Below, piece by piece: positions 6,335-14,038 of a stretch of DNA of 17,177 nt (the stretch's first letter is position 1; every line of letters starts with the position of its first letter). The stretch comes from Candidatus Cryosericum sp. (GTDB lineage Bacteria > Caldisericota > Caldisericia > Cryosericales > Cryosericaceae), in contig JBNAWM010000021.1 of the NCBI GenBank assembly GCA_049699855.1, positions 1 to 17,177 of the forward strand. The letters are read 5' to 3'. The translations under genes and the position numbers were made by a program. The notes under the pieces were generated by a model. The model did not search any database and was not told the DNA's origin. It saw only the letters and a program-made list of their open reading frames with translations.

Positions 6335-8809
6335 TCACTGAACTACAATATTAACGATTTTCCCCTTGATTGCAACAACACGCTTGACAATATGTCCGGC
6401 AGTGTACTTAACAACGAAGTCCTGGGCAAGCGCAATCTTTGCCAGATCGTCGTCCGTCGAATCAGAGGGCACGAGCATGGTGCCACGCACTTTGCCATTA
6501 ATCTGAACAGCCACCTCGACTTCACTTTCCACCAGTTTGCTCTCGTCCCAGGTGGGCCACGGCTGCTGATGAATACTACCCACGTCTCCATACTCCTGCC
6601 ACAGTTCCTGTGTCATGTGCGGAGCAAACGGGGAAAGCAGGACAAGCAGCTGGCGCATGCTGAATTGCCACTCCTTCGTCGAGAGCGCTGTTTCGTCGGT
6701 GCGAACAGCCTCAGAAAGAAAGTTGAAATACTCCATGAACGCTGCCACGGCAGTGTTGAACTTGAACTTCTCGATATCCTCTGTGATCTTCTTGGTCAGC
6801 TTGTTGATCTGCAACTCAAGCTTGGGAACATGAGCATCTCCAAGCTCACCACGGCTCGCATCGATCGACCGCTGGGCCAATTCCCACACGCGCTTCACAA
6901 ACCGGTGCGCCCCCGAAATGCCTTCCTTTGACCAGGCCACTTCCTGCTCAAACGGTGCCATGAAGAGCTCATAGAGCCGCAGCGTATCGGCTCCGTACTG
7001 CTCGACCACCTCATCCGGCGTAATCACATTGTGCCTGCTCTTGCTCATTTTTTGCCCATCGTACGAGAGCAGCATTCCCTGATTCATGAGCCGCGCAAAG
7101 GGCTCGGTAAATCCCACCAGCCCCTCGTCGTACATGACCTTCGTCCAGAATCTCGAATAGAGGAGGTGCATCACGGCGTGCTCTGCGCCACCGACATACA
7201 GGTCCACGGGAAGCCAGTAGTCGACACTTGCCCTGTCGAACGGAGCCTTGTCATCGTGAGGGCTGGTATACCGCAGTTCATACCATGAAGAGCACGCGAA
7301 TCCATCCATGGTGTCCGTCTCGCGGCGTGCAGGCCCTCCACACACGGGACATGTGGTCTCGACCCAGTCATGGATGCCTGCGAGCGGCGATTCTCCAGTG
7401 CCGCTCGGCTCATACCCCTCGACATCGGGCAGCAGCACCGGCAATTGGCTCTCAGGAACAGGGACTGTGCCGCACTTTGGGCAATGAACCATGGGGATGG
7501 GTGCGCCCCAGTACCGCTGGCGGCTGATCAGCCAATCCCGCATGTGATAATTCGTCTGAGCCTTTGCGATACCCTTCTCCTGCCCCTCGGCGACCATCGC
7601 CGCAAATGCGGATTCAGTTGTCAGGTCGTCGAACCTGCCCGAATTCACGAGCGTTCCATGCTCGGCATATTGGTCGTCCCACGTCGACTCTTCATAGGTG
7701 ACGCCAGGCCAGGTAATCACCTGGCGGATCGGAATGTCATATTTTCTGGCAAAAGCAAAGTCACGGCTGTCGTGCGCTGGAACCGCCATAATGGCGCCCG
7801 TTCCATAACCCATGAGCACGTAGTCCGCAATCCAGACCGGCACGTTCTCCCCGGAAAAGGGATTGACCGCGTATGCGCCCGTGAAGACCCCTGTCTTTTC
7901 CTTTTCAGTCGACATGCGGTCTATTTCTGTCTTTGTGCGGCTGACGGCGACATACGCCTCCACGTCCTCGCGTTGTTCGCTGGAACAGATCTCCTGAACG
8001 AGAGGATGTTCCGGAGCCAGCACAAGAAACGTTGCACCCATGATCGTGTCCAGACGGGTGGTGAAGACCGTCACCGGGTGCCGGGATCCGTCGCCTGCTG
8101 AAAGAATGTCAAACACGACATCCGCTCCGACCGACTTGCCAATCCAGTTGCGCTGCATAATCTTGATGCGTTCCGGCCAGTCCACCGTGTCCAGATCGTC
8201 TGCAAGACGATCGGCGTAGTCCGTGATCTTGAAGAACCATTGCTTCAATTTCTTCTTCTCGACCGGAGTTCCGCACCGCCAGCACTTTCCATCCTTTGCC
8301 TGCTCGTTGGCCAGAACCGTCTTGCAGTGTGGACACCACCACTGCTCAGACTCCTTCTCATACGCAAGCCCCCGCTTGTACAACAGCAGGAAGAACCACT
8401 GAGTCCACCGGTAGTATTCGGGGTCGGAGGAGTTGATCTCGCGGTCCCAGTCGTACGAAGTTCCAAGAAGCTTCAACTGCCGCTTGAAGTTGGTCGTGTT
8501 CTTGAGTGTGATCTCGCGTGGACTCTTCTTCAGACGTATAGCCTCGTTTTCAGCCGGAAGTCCAAACGCGTCCCAGCCCATGGGATGCAGAACGTTGAAC
8601 CCCTTCATTCGATAGTAGCGGCTGATGACATCGGTGGGGATATAATTGCGGCAATGACCGACATGCAGGCCATCTCCGGATGGATATGGAAAGTAGTCCA
8701 GGCAATAGAGCTTGGGCTTGTCCGACCGGTCCTCGGTCCGATAGGCCTTCTCTGCTTCCCAGATGTTCTGCCACTTTGGTTCAATACTGTGGAAATCGTA
8801 TTCTTTCAT
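6335..8809 (-). CDS. leuS: Leucine--tRNA ligase
   Basis: FPYPSG.GLHVGH (HIGH), PMGWDAFGLPAEN, editing-domain VFTTR.DT and GTGAIMAVPAHD.RD, DWLISRQRYWG.PIP, GGAEHA..HLLY.RF, KMSKS, and C-terminal VQINGKVR. Confidence 0.98.
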   Translation of the reverse strand: MKEYDFHSIEPKWQNIWEAEKAYRTEDRSDKPKLYCLDYFPYPSGDGLHVGHCRNYIPTDVISRYYRMKGFNVLHPMGWDAFGLPAENEAIRLKKSPREITLKNTTNFKRQLKLLGTSYDWDREINSSDPEYYRWTQWFFLLLYKRGLAYEKESEQWWCPHCKTVLANEQAKDGKCWRCGTPVEKKKLKQWFFKITDYADRLADDLDTVDWPERIKIMQRNWIGKSVGADVVFDILSAGDGSRHPVTVFTTRLDTIMGATFLVLAPEHPLVQEICSSEQREDVEAYVAVSRTKTEIDRMSTEKEKTGVFTGAYAVNPFSGENVPVWIADYVLMGYGTGAIMAVPAHDSRDFAFARKYDIPIRQVITWPGVTYEESTWDDQYAEHGTLVNSGRFDDLTTESAFAAMVAEGQEKGIAKAQTNYHMRDWLISRQRYWGAPIPMVHCPKCGTVPVPESQLPVLLPDVEGYEPSGTGESPLAGIHDWVETTCPVCGGPARRETDTMDGFACSSWYELRYTSPHDDKAPFDRASVDYWLPVDLYVGGAEHAVMHLLYSRFWTKVMYDEGLVGFTEPFARLMNQGMLLSYDGQKMSKSRHNVITPDEVVEQYGADTLRLYELFMAPFEQEVAWSKEGISGAHRFVKRVWELAQRSIDASRGELGDAHVPKLELQINKLTKKITEDIEKFKFNTAVAAFMEYFNFLSEAVRTDETALSTKEWQFSMRQLLVLLSPFAPHMTQELWQEYGDVGSIHQQPWPTWDESKLVESEVEVAVQINGKVRGTMLVPSDSTDDDLAKIALAQDFVVKYTAGHIVKRVVAIKGKIVNIVVQ

Positions 8810-8867
8810 TGGTCACCCCAATTGTGAATGCCTGATGTACCTGGTACAAGGATGTTCACATTTCAAC

Positions 8868-10172
8868 CTAGGGCTGCAGACGCTCCATATCGCGCGGGAA
8901 CAGAGCTGCTTCACGGAGATTCGTGAGTCCCGTTAACTGCATAATGAAGCGCTCCAGGCCGATGGCAAATCCGCCATGAGGCGGCATCCCAAACCGGAAT
9001 GCTTCGAGATAGCCCGCTACAGCTTCCTGCGTCATGCCGTGCTCTGCCAGCGATCTGGCATAGTCTTCAAATCTGTTGAGCCGCTGTCCGCCGGTAACAA
9101 GTTCGGTTCCACGGAACAGCAGATCGAATGAATTCGAATACTTCGGGTCGTCCGGATTGGGTGCCGTGTAGAAGGGCCGCTTGACCATCGGATACCCCGT
9201 AACAAACAGAAAATCAGACTGGAAGGTCTCCTTTGCCCACTCGCCCAGCCATTTCTCGTGCTGAGGGGCCAGGTCGGGTTCTCCGCGGCAGTCTTCGCCA
9301 TGATGCTCAAAGATCCATTGCTGAGCGTCAGGAAAGTACACATGGGGGAAAACGGGAGGGACAAGGGGCATCTCCACTTTGAGAAGTTCAAGCTCCTTCG
9401 CATAGTGCTGTCCAAGATACTCGAGGATGCCATGGATAACATCGGCCAGAACAGCCATGACCGTGGTGTGATCCTTTATGAATCCCATCTCGGCATCCAT
9501 GCTGACATATTCGTTTAGGTGGCGAACCGTCTGGTGAGGCTCGGCCCTGAAGACGGGTGCGACCTCATACACCCGCTCGAAAACCCCGACCATCATCTGC
9601 TTGTACTGCTGAGGGCTCTGTGCCAGATACGCTTTTTTCCCGAAGTAGTCAACGGGAAAAACTGTGGCACCCGACTCGGTGGCAGACCCCGTGAGTTTTG
9701 GCGTTGCGACCTCGGTAAAGCCTTTCGCATCGAGGGCAGCGCGGAATCCATGCTGAACACCCGCACTGAGCTTGAAAATGGCTTGCTTTGAAGGTGCTCG
9801 TAGGCCTACCATGGCATGGTCGAGGAATGTGTCCAGATGTGCATTGATCACCGGCTTGTTGATTGGAAATGGCAACGCCTCGGTGACGGGGGAGAGGACG
9901 ACAAAGGCAGGATCATGAACCTCATATCCTCCAGCAGCCTGGGGTTCCGCTACCACAGTACCTTCGACTTGAATGACACTCTCTACCAGCAAGCCGTCAA
10001 GCGAGACAATCGCCTCGGGCGCCTCCACGACAATCTGGCAGATACCGCTGCGGTCGCGCAGGTGGACGAAGATCATTCCACTCCCCAGCCTGCGAATGCG
10101 GTGCATCCACCCAGCCATCATGACGCGTTCGCCGACATGAGAAGACAATTCACTGCTCAGCACACGTTCCAT
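8868..10172 (-). CDS. aspS: Aspartate--tRNA(Asp/Asn) ligase, short archaeal/AspRS2 type (no GAD insertion)
   Basis: Start ATG at 10172 (SD GGAGG); 434 aa. OB-fold LRDRSG..Q, YLAQSPQ.YKQ, motif 2 FRAE...T.RHLNEY, RPFYT, SFDLLFRG.EL.TGGQR, motif 3 GMPPHGGFAIGLER, LFPRD. Confidence 0.93.
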   Translation of the reverse strand: MERVLSSELSSHVGERVMMAGWMHRIRRLGSGMIFVHLRDRSGICQIVVEAPEAIVSLDGLLVESVIQVEGTVVAEPQAAGGYEVHDPAFVVLSPVTEALPFPINKPVINAHLDTFLDHAMVGLRAPSKQAIFKLSAGVQHGFRAALDAKGFTEVATPKLTGSATESGATVFPVDYFGKKAYLAQSPQQYKQMMVGVFERVYEVAPVFRAEPHQTVRHLNEYVSMDAEMGFIKDHTTVMAVLADVIHGILEYLGQHYAKELELLKVEMPLVPPVFPHVYFPDAQQWIFEHHGEDCRGEPDLAPQHEKWLGEWAKETFQSDFLFVTGYPMVKRPFYTAPNPDDPKYSNSFDLLFRGTELVTGGQRLNRFEDYARSLAEHGMTQEAVAGYLEAFRFGMPPHGGFAIGLERFIMQLTGLTNLREAALFPRDMERLQP

Positions 10173-10242
10173 CTGAACCTCCATATATGACAATGGCCGC
10201 TCTCAGGACGGTGCCTGGAACCGGCCCTCACTTGTCCTTATC

Positions 10243-10271
10243 AGGGTACGTCCTGAGGCGCTTCATGTCAA
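10243..10271 (-). promoter_or_regulatory. Putative sigma70-type promoter for aspS-leuS
   Basis: TTGACA (10271-10266), 17-nt spacer, TACCCT (10248-10243; fits TAnnnT), about 70 nt upstream of the aspS start. Confidence 0.45.
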
Positions 10272-10391
10272 CAGGAGCATTGTCACGGATGAGACCTTGG
10301 ATTCTCTGTCTCGTGATTGATTGAGCACGACTTTATGATAGACTTTTGATGCATTACTTACCGAGTTATCTCCGCATTGAGTGAGGTACGG

Positions 10392-11267
10392 ATGTCCATG
10401 GCCGACCAGACAATGAAGCTTACAGACGGACGAGCATTGGGATATGTCGAATACGGCGATCCCTCGGGCACCCCGGTATTCTTCTTCCACGGATTTCCGG
10501 CATCGCGCCTTGAAGGAGCCACCCTCGACACTCCTACACGCGAGGCCGGTGTACGACTCATTGCACCGGACAGACCCGGATTTGGTCTGTCAGATCCAAA
10601 GCCTGGCCGTTCGTTTTCGGATTGGGCAGAGGACATCATCCAGCTTTCCTCTCATCTGCGCATCTACGACTTTGCCATCCTGGGAACGTCTGGCGGTGCG
10701 CCCTACGTGATCAGCTGTGCTGAGCGCATTGCGGAACGGCTGATCGGTGCCGGCATTGTCTCCGGCCTTTCGCCTCTTCGCAACCCTGCCGTGCGCCAGT
10801 CTATGAGCGCAGACCAGCTCAGGGTATTCGTGACGGCAGCCCGTACTCCCTGGCTTGCTCGCCAGATGCTTGCGCGAAGCATTCAGGACGTGCAAACCGA
10901 CTTTCCATCGGTTCTGAAACGCATGACCGAGAGATGGCCCGAGGCGGATCAGGCTGCCTTGGCGCGGCCAGAGGTCAGAGAGATGCTTCGCGTCAACTTG
11001 ATCGAGGCCTTTCGGCAGGGTGTGACTGGTCCTGCACAGGAGTTGGCTCTTTACCACGGCATCTGGCCATTTGCACCACAGACAGAAAGCTTCGCCGTCC
11101 AGTTGTGGTATGGGCGCAAAGACACGGTGACGCCTCCTGTCATGGCAGAGGAACTTGCCTCGCTTCTGCCCCGCACGCTGACGCGCTGGTACCGCGATGA
11201 AGGCCACATGTTGCTGTTTGACAGAGCTCAGGAAATCTTGCACCAACTCACAAACTGGAGGAGATAA
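10392..11267 (+). CDS. Alpha/beta fold hydrolase
   Basis: L.DGR.L.Y.EYGDP.G.PVFFFHGFP.SR, DRPGFGLS, nucleophile elbow GTSGG, W.G..D (acid) and EGH (His). SD GAGG at 10383-10386; ATG 10398 is an alternative start. Confidence 0.9.
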   Translation: MSMADQTMKLTDGRALGYVEYGDPSGTPVFFFHGFPASRLEGATLDTPTREAGVRLIAPDRPGFGLSDPKPGRSFSDWAEDIIQLSSHLRIYDFAILGTSGGAPYVISCAERIAERLIGAGIVSGLSPLRNPAVRQSMSADQLRVFVTAARTPWLARQMLARSIQDVQTDFPSVLKRMTERWPEADQAALARPEVREMLRVNLIEAFRQGVTGPAQELALYHGIWPFAPQTESFAVQLWYGRKDTVTPPVMAEELASLLPRTLTRWYRDEGHMLLFDRAQEILHQLTNWRR

Positions 11268-11273
11268 CCCATT

Positions 11274-12719
11274 GTGCAGCCCAGGAGACCGCTTCACGCT
11301 TTCCATCGATATCGCAAGCTCTTCATCGGTCTTTTCATCAGCATTCTTGCTCTTCTGGCTCTGACCGCCGTGGCCTGGATGAGCTTTTTCGGCACCTCAG
11401 CCACAGCTCCTCAATTGGCTTCCCAGCTGTCCCTTCCTCAAAACCAGCTCCCAGCCTTCCATTCAACAGATTCAGTTCTTGTGGTGGCGCCACACCCGGA
11501 TGACGAATGTATCGCAAATGCAGGAGCCATCCTTGATGCTCTCAAGGCAGGCGCCAAAGTTCATATCGTCTACCTCACGTACGGAGATAATTTTGAGGTC
11601 TCCTATTGGGCTGTGAAGAAGATCCCGGCCCTGACGCCAGCCCAGTTCAGAGCGCTCGGCGAACTCCGGCGTTCGGAAGCGATCAAAGGGGCAGCGTCAC
11701 TGGGTCTGACCCCTGATTGTCTGACGTTTCTTGGCTATCCCGATTCCGGAACACTCCGCATCTGGGACACAACATGGAAACCTGGCACAAGCAGGCTGCA
11801 CATACCTCTCGACTCCCGCTCTGTTCCCTACGCCGATGCGTTGACACCCGGCGCTCTCTACAATGCGGCTTCCATTGTGACCGACCTTGAGAAAGTGATG
11901 CGCGCCTTTTCTCCCAGTGTCGTGCTGTTCCCATCGCCGCTGGATCTGAACCCCGACCACCAGTCTGCATACCTCTTTGTAACTGCAGCCCTGCATGACC
12001 TCGATCTGCAACCCTCGCGCTACACCTATCTCGTTCACGAGCACCATTTCCCCGTGCCTCATCTGTACAACCCACTTGCCACGCTGACACCCCCGGCATT
12101 CGTGGCTGCCCTGCCACTCCAGCTCAGGAACCTCGAGCTGAATTCTGGACAGGTGGCTCTCAAATACGCAACCACGATGCTGTACAAAAGCCAGACGAAG
12201 GTTGACTATCTGCTTCTGGCCAGTTTCTCACGCCGCAACGAAGTCTTCTTTGATGACCAGCACCCTGCGCTTTCGTCTGCCCCGGCAGTGTTTTCTCATA
12301 TCCCTCTGGACTTCCTGCTCGAACATGTAGACAGGAACGCCGAACTGCGCAGTGTCAGCGCCACCAGAAAAGATCAGAACACGCTCCGACTCTTGATGAC
12401 CTTCGCGGCACCGCCGACCGAGGACTCAGTTGCAGAGATTTCACTCTTCCCAGTCGCATCAGGTATCCCTTTCGCGCAGCAGCCAAAACTGGTGATTACG
12501 CTTCATCACGGACAGGAGGCAAAGACTGTCAATCTGGTTACGGAAACGTCGGTTACCACATCGGTGGTGACAACACGCAACGGGCCAGAAGTAACCGTCG
12601 ATATCGCCATCCCAGAAGTGGCAACCGCTTCCGAAATCATGCTGCACATTCGTGCCGGCTACCGAGGACTTCCCCAGTACAGCACGCCCTGGCAGGTGTT
12701 CACTCTCTCTGCGCCGTAA
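11274..12719 (+). CDS. PIG-L/LmbE-family metal-dependent deacetylase with an N-terminal membrane anchor or signal and an extra C-terminal region
   Basis: VLVVAPHPDDE, VYLT.GD, R..EA..GA..LG, FLGYPD and NPDH. Basic then hydrophobic N-terminus (RYRKLFIGLFISILALLALTAVAW). It begins 6 nt after the hydrolase stop. Confidence 0.85.
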   Translation: MQPRRPLHAFHRYRKLFIGLFISILALLALTAVAWMSFFGTSATAPQLASQLSLPQNQLPAFHSTDSVLVVAPHPDDECIANAGAILDALKAGAKVHIVYLTYGDNFEVSYWAVKKIPALTPAQFRALGELRRSEAIKGAASLGLTPDCLTFLGYPDSGTLRIWDTTWKPGTSRLHIPLDSRSVPYADALTPGALYNAASIVTDLEKVMRAFSPSVVLFPSPLDLNPDHQSAYLFVTAALHDLDLQPSRYTYLVHEHHFPVPHLYNPLATLTPPAFVAALPLQLRNLELNSGQVALKYATTMLYKSQTKVDYLLLASFSRRNEVFFDDQHPALSSAPAVFSHIPLDFLLEHVDRNAELRSVSATRKDQNTLRLLMTFAAPPTEDSVAEISLFPVASGIPFAQQPKLVITLHHGQEAKTVNLVTETSVTTSVVTTRNGPEVTVDIAIPEVATASEIMLHIRAGYRGLPQYSTPWQVFTLSAP

Positions 12720-12742
12720 CCCGGCGCGCAGGCACTTCGTGT

Positions 12743-13330
12743 TCAGTGAGGGATAGGTTCGGAAACTGGCGCTCCATCAGGGACCCTGTCAATGAAGGCG
12801 ATGCGCTCGAGTGGAAGGCGAGGTGGGCGCTCCGATTCGTCATGCAGCTGCTTCTCAGAGAGTATGGGATTGGGGATCTCCGAGTGCTTTCCCACAATGA
12901 CCAGTGCGAAGAGCTTCATGTCCGTTGGTATGCCCAAAATCGGTTTCACTTCGTCCGGGCGAAAACCCGCAATCGGGTGCGCAACCAGACCCAGCTCGGT
13001 CGCACGCAAAATGAGAAGAGCAGTTGCCATCCCCGTGTCAAATCCGTAGTACTCGCGGTCCTTGATGATGCAGTCCAGTTGGGGAGCACTGAATACGGCA
13101 ATAACCATAGAGGCCCATTCTGTCCATTGGTTGCCCTTCGTCATCGCTGTGAACACCTTTGCCAGCACATCCGGACTGCGCACAAACACATACCTCCAGG
13201 GTTGATCGTTGAAACACGATGCAGACAAGCTGGCTGAACGAGCCAGGTCCCAAATCAGGTCATCCGAAATCGCGACAGGGTCAAAAGAGCGGTATGCCCT
13301 GCGAGCCTCGATGGCATTCTTGACATCCAT
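12743..13330 (-). CDS. Nitroreductase-family flavoprotein
   Basis: Start ATG at 13330 (SD GGAGG at 13336-13340): MDVKNAIEARRAYRSF...SASCFNDQPWRYVFV...DTGMA...LILRATELGL..HPIAGF...VIVG. Confidence 0.92.
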   Translation of the reverse strand: MDVKNAIEARRAYRSFDPVAISDDLIWDLARSASLSASCFNDQPWRYVFVRSPDVLAKVFTAMTKGNQWTEWASMVIAVFSAPQLDCIIKDREYYGFDTGMATALLILRATELGLVAHPIAGFRPDEVKPILGIPTDMKLFALVIVGKHSEIPNPILSEKQLHDESERPPRLPLERIAFIDRVPDGAPVSEPIPH

Positions 13331-13346
13331 AGACGCCTCCAGCTTG

Positions 13347-13820
13347 TCACTCTTCTGCGCAGTGAGCCAGCACTTCGTCAATGTCGGGCAGTTCGTGTGT
13401 GCCATAGACCTTCACCCAGGAGACCTTCCCGGATACATCGATCAGCACATTGGCACGCTCTGAAAATCCGTCTGTCTCCCGAAACAGCCCATATGCGCGA
13501 GCCACGCCTCCATGTGGCCAGAAGTCCGACAGCAGCATCGTCTCAGCAATCAGCAGTTCCTTTGCCCACTGATTCTTGCTGGGCACCGAGTCAACACTCA
13601 AGCCCATGGCCGTCGTTCCCATCCGCCCAAAGTCCGCAAGATGCTTCTCCAGCGATTTCATCTGTTCAGCACAGACACTGGTCCAGGCAAGAGGGTGCCA
13701 TGAAAGCAGGACCTTGCTGCCCCTGTATGCGGCCAGATGAATCGGCCGCTTGCGGTTGTCATTCAAGGTAAAATCAGGTGCCATGTCTCCGACTTCGATT
13801 CGCTTGATCTGCTCTTCCAT
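13347..13820 (-). CDS. Peroxiredoxin, AhpC/TSA family (AhpE-like)
   Basis: Start ATG at 13820 (SD AGGAGG). VGDMAPDFTL, active site HPLAWTSVC (PxxxTxxC), SVDS, LLSDFWPHG.VA.AYG, ERAN.LID..G. Confidence 0.92.
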   Translation of the reverse strand: MEEQIKRIEVGDMAPDFTLNDNRKRPIHLAAYRGSKVLLSWHPLAWTSVCAEQMKSLEKHLADFGRMGTTAMGLSVDSVPSKNQWAKELLIAETMLLSDFWPHGGVARAYGLFRETDGFSERANVLIDVSGKVSWVKVYGTHELPDIDEVLAHCAEE

Positions 13821-13871
13821 TGTTCCTCCTTTATGCTTGTCACGAACCCAGCAACTGACTCTGACAGGCCA

Positions 13872-13900
13872 AGTATGACCATGTCGCTCGGTCATGTCAA
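13872..13900 (-). promoter_or_regulatory. Putative sigma70-type promoter for peroxiredoxin-nitroreductase, with an overlapping inverted repeat
   Basis: TTGACA (13900-13895), 17-nt spacer, CATACT (13877-13872). The inverted repeat ATGACC-N9-GGTCAT (13875-13895) spans the spacer. Confidence 0.65.
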
Positions 13901-14026
13901 CGCACTATCTTTGCAGCTCCCCCTGTCGAACCTGCCATCGGTGGAGACCCCAGCCCTGCCACGCATGCCAACACTACTCTGAGCCAGCAGCAACGCACTG
14001 CACTACCGCTGGGTGCAGTTGTCCGC

Positions 14027-14032
14027 TATACT
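14027..14032 (+). promoter_or_regulatory. Putative -10 box for a leaderless mutY transcript
   Basis: TATACT lies 6 nt before ATG 14039, and there is no SD-like sequence upstream. Confidence 0.5.
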
Positions 14033-14038
14033 GCTGTC

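Noticed and set aside
924..10190. Many long plus-strand ORFs (e.g. 1477-2193, 3969-4598, 4553-5182, 5176-5961, 6197-6931, 7370-8101, 8240-8827)
   Set aside because: They lie antisense to well-supported housekeeping genes. Such shadows are expected in GC-rich coding DNA, and they show no motifs.
10173..10390. T-box riboswitch or tRNA upstream of aspS/leuS
   Set aside because: There is no GGTGGNACC T-box sequence and no terminator/antiterminator pair. The GGTTCCA loop is not part of a cloverleaf.
11274..11330. Tat signal in the PIG-L protein (PRRPLH)
   Set aside because: It does not fit S/T-R-R-x-F-L-K. A Sec signal or membrane anchor is more plausible.
12710..12742. Terminator between the convergent PIG-L and nitroreductase genes
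   Set aside because: There is only a 6-bp stem (GCGCCG/CGGCGC) with no U-tract on either strand, too weak to call.
12743..13820. Selenocysteine readthrough in the redox genes
   Set aside because: The active-site positions are ordinary Cys codons. The TGA stops fall at normal protein ends, and the Prx stop is followed directly by the next gene's SD.
13821..13895. Upstream extension of the peroxiredoxin ORF; the track starts for the nitroreductase (13405), proC (15914) and the DsrE-like gene (16038) are similarly early
   Set aside because: Downstream ATGs have clear GGAGG SDs and coincide with the start of family homology. The Prx extension also overlaps its own promoter.
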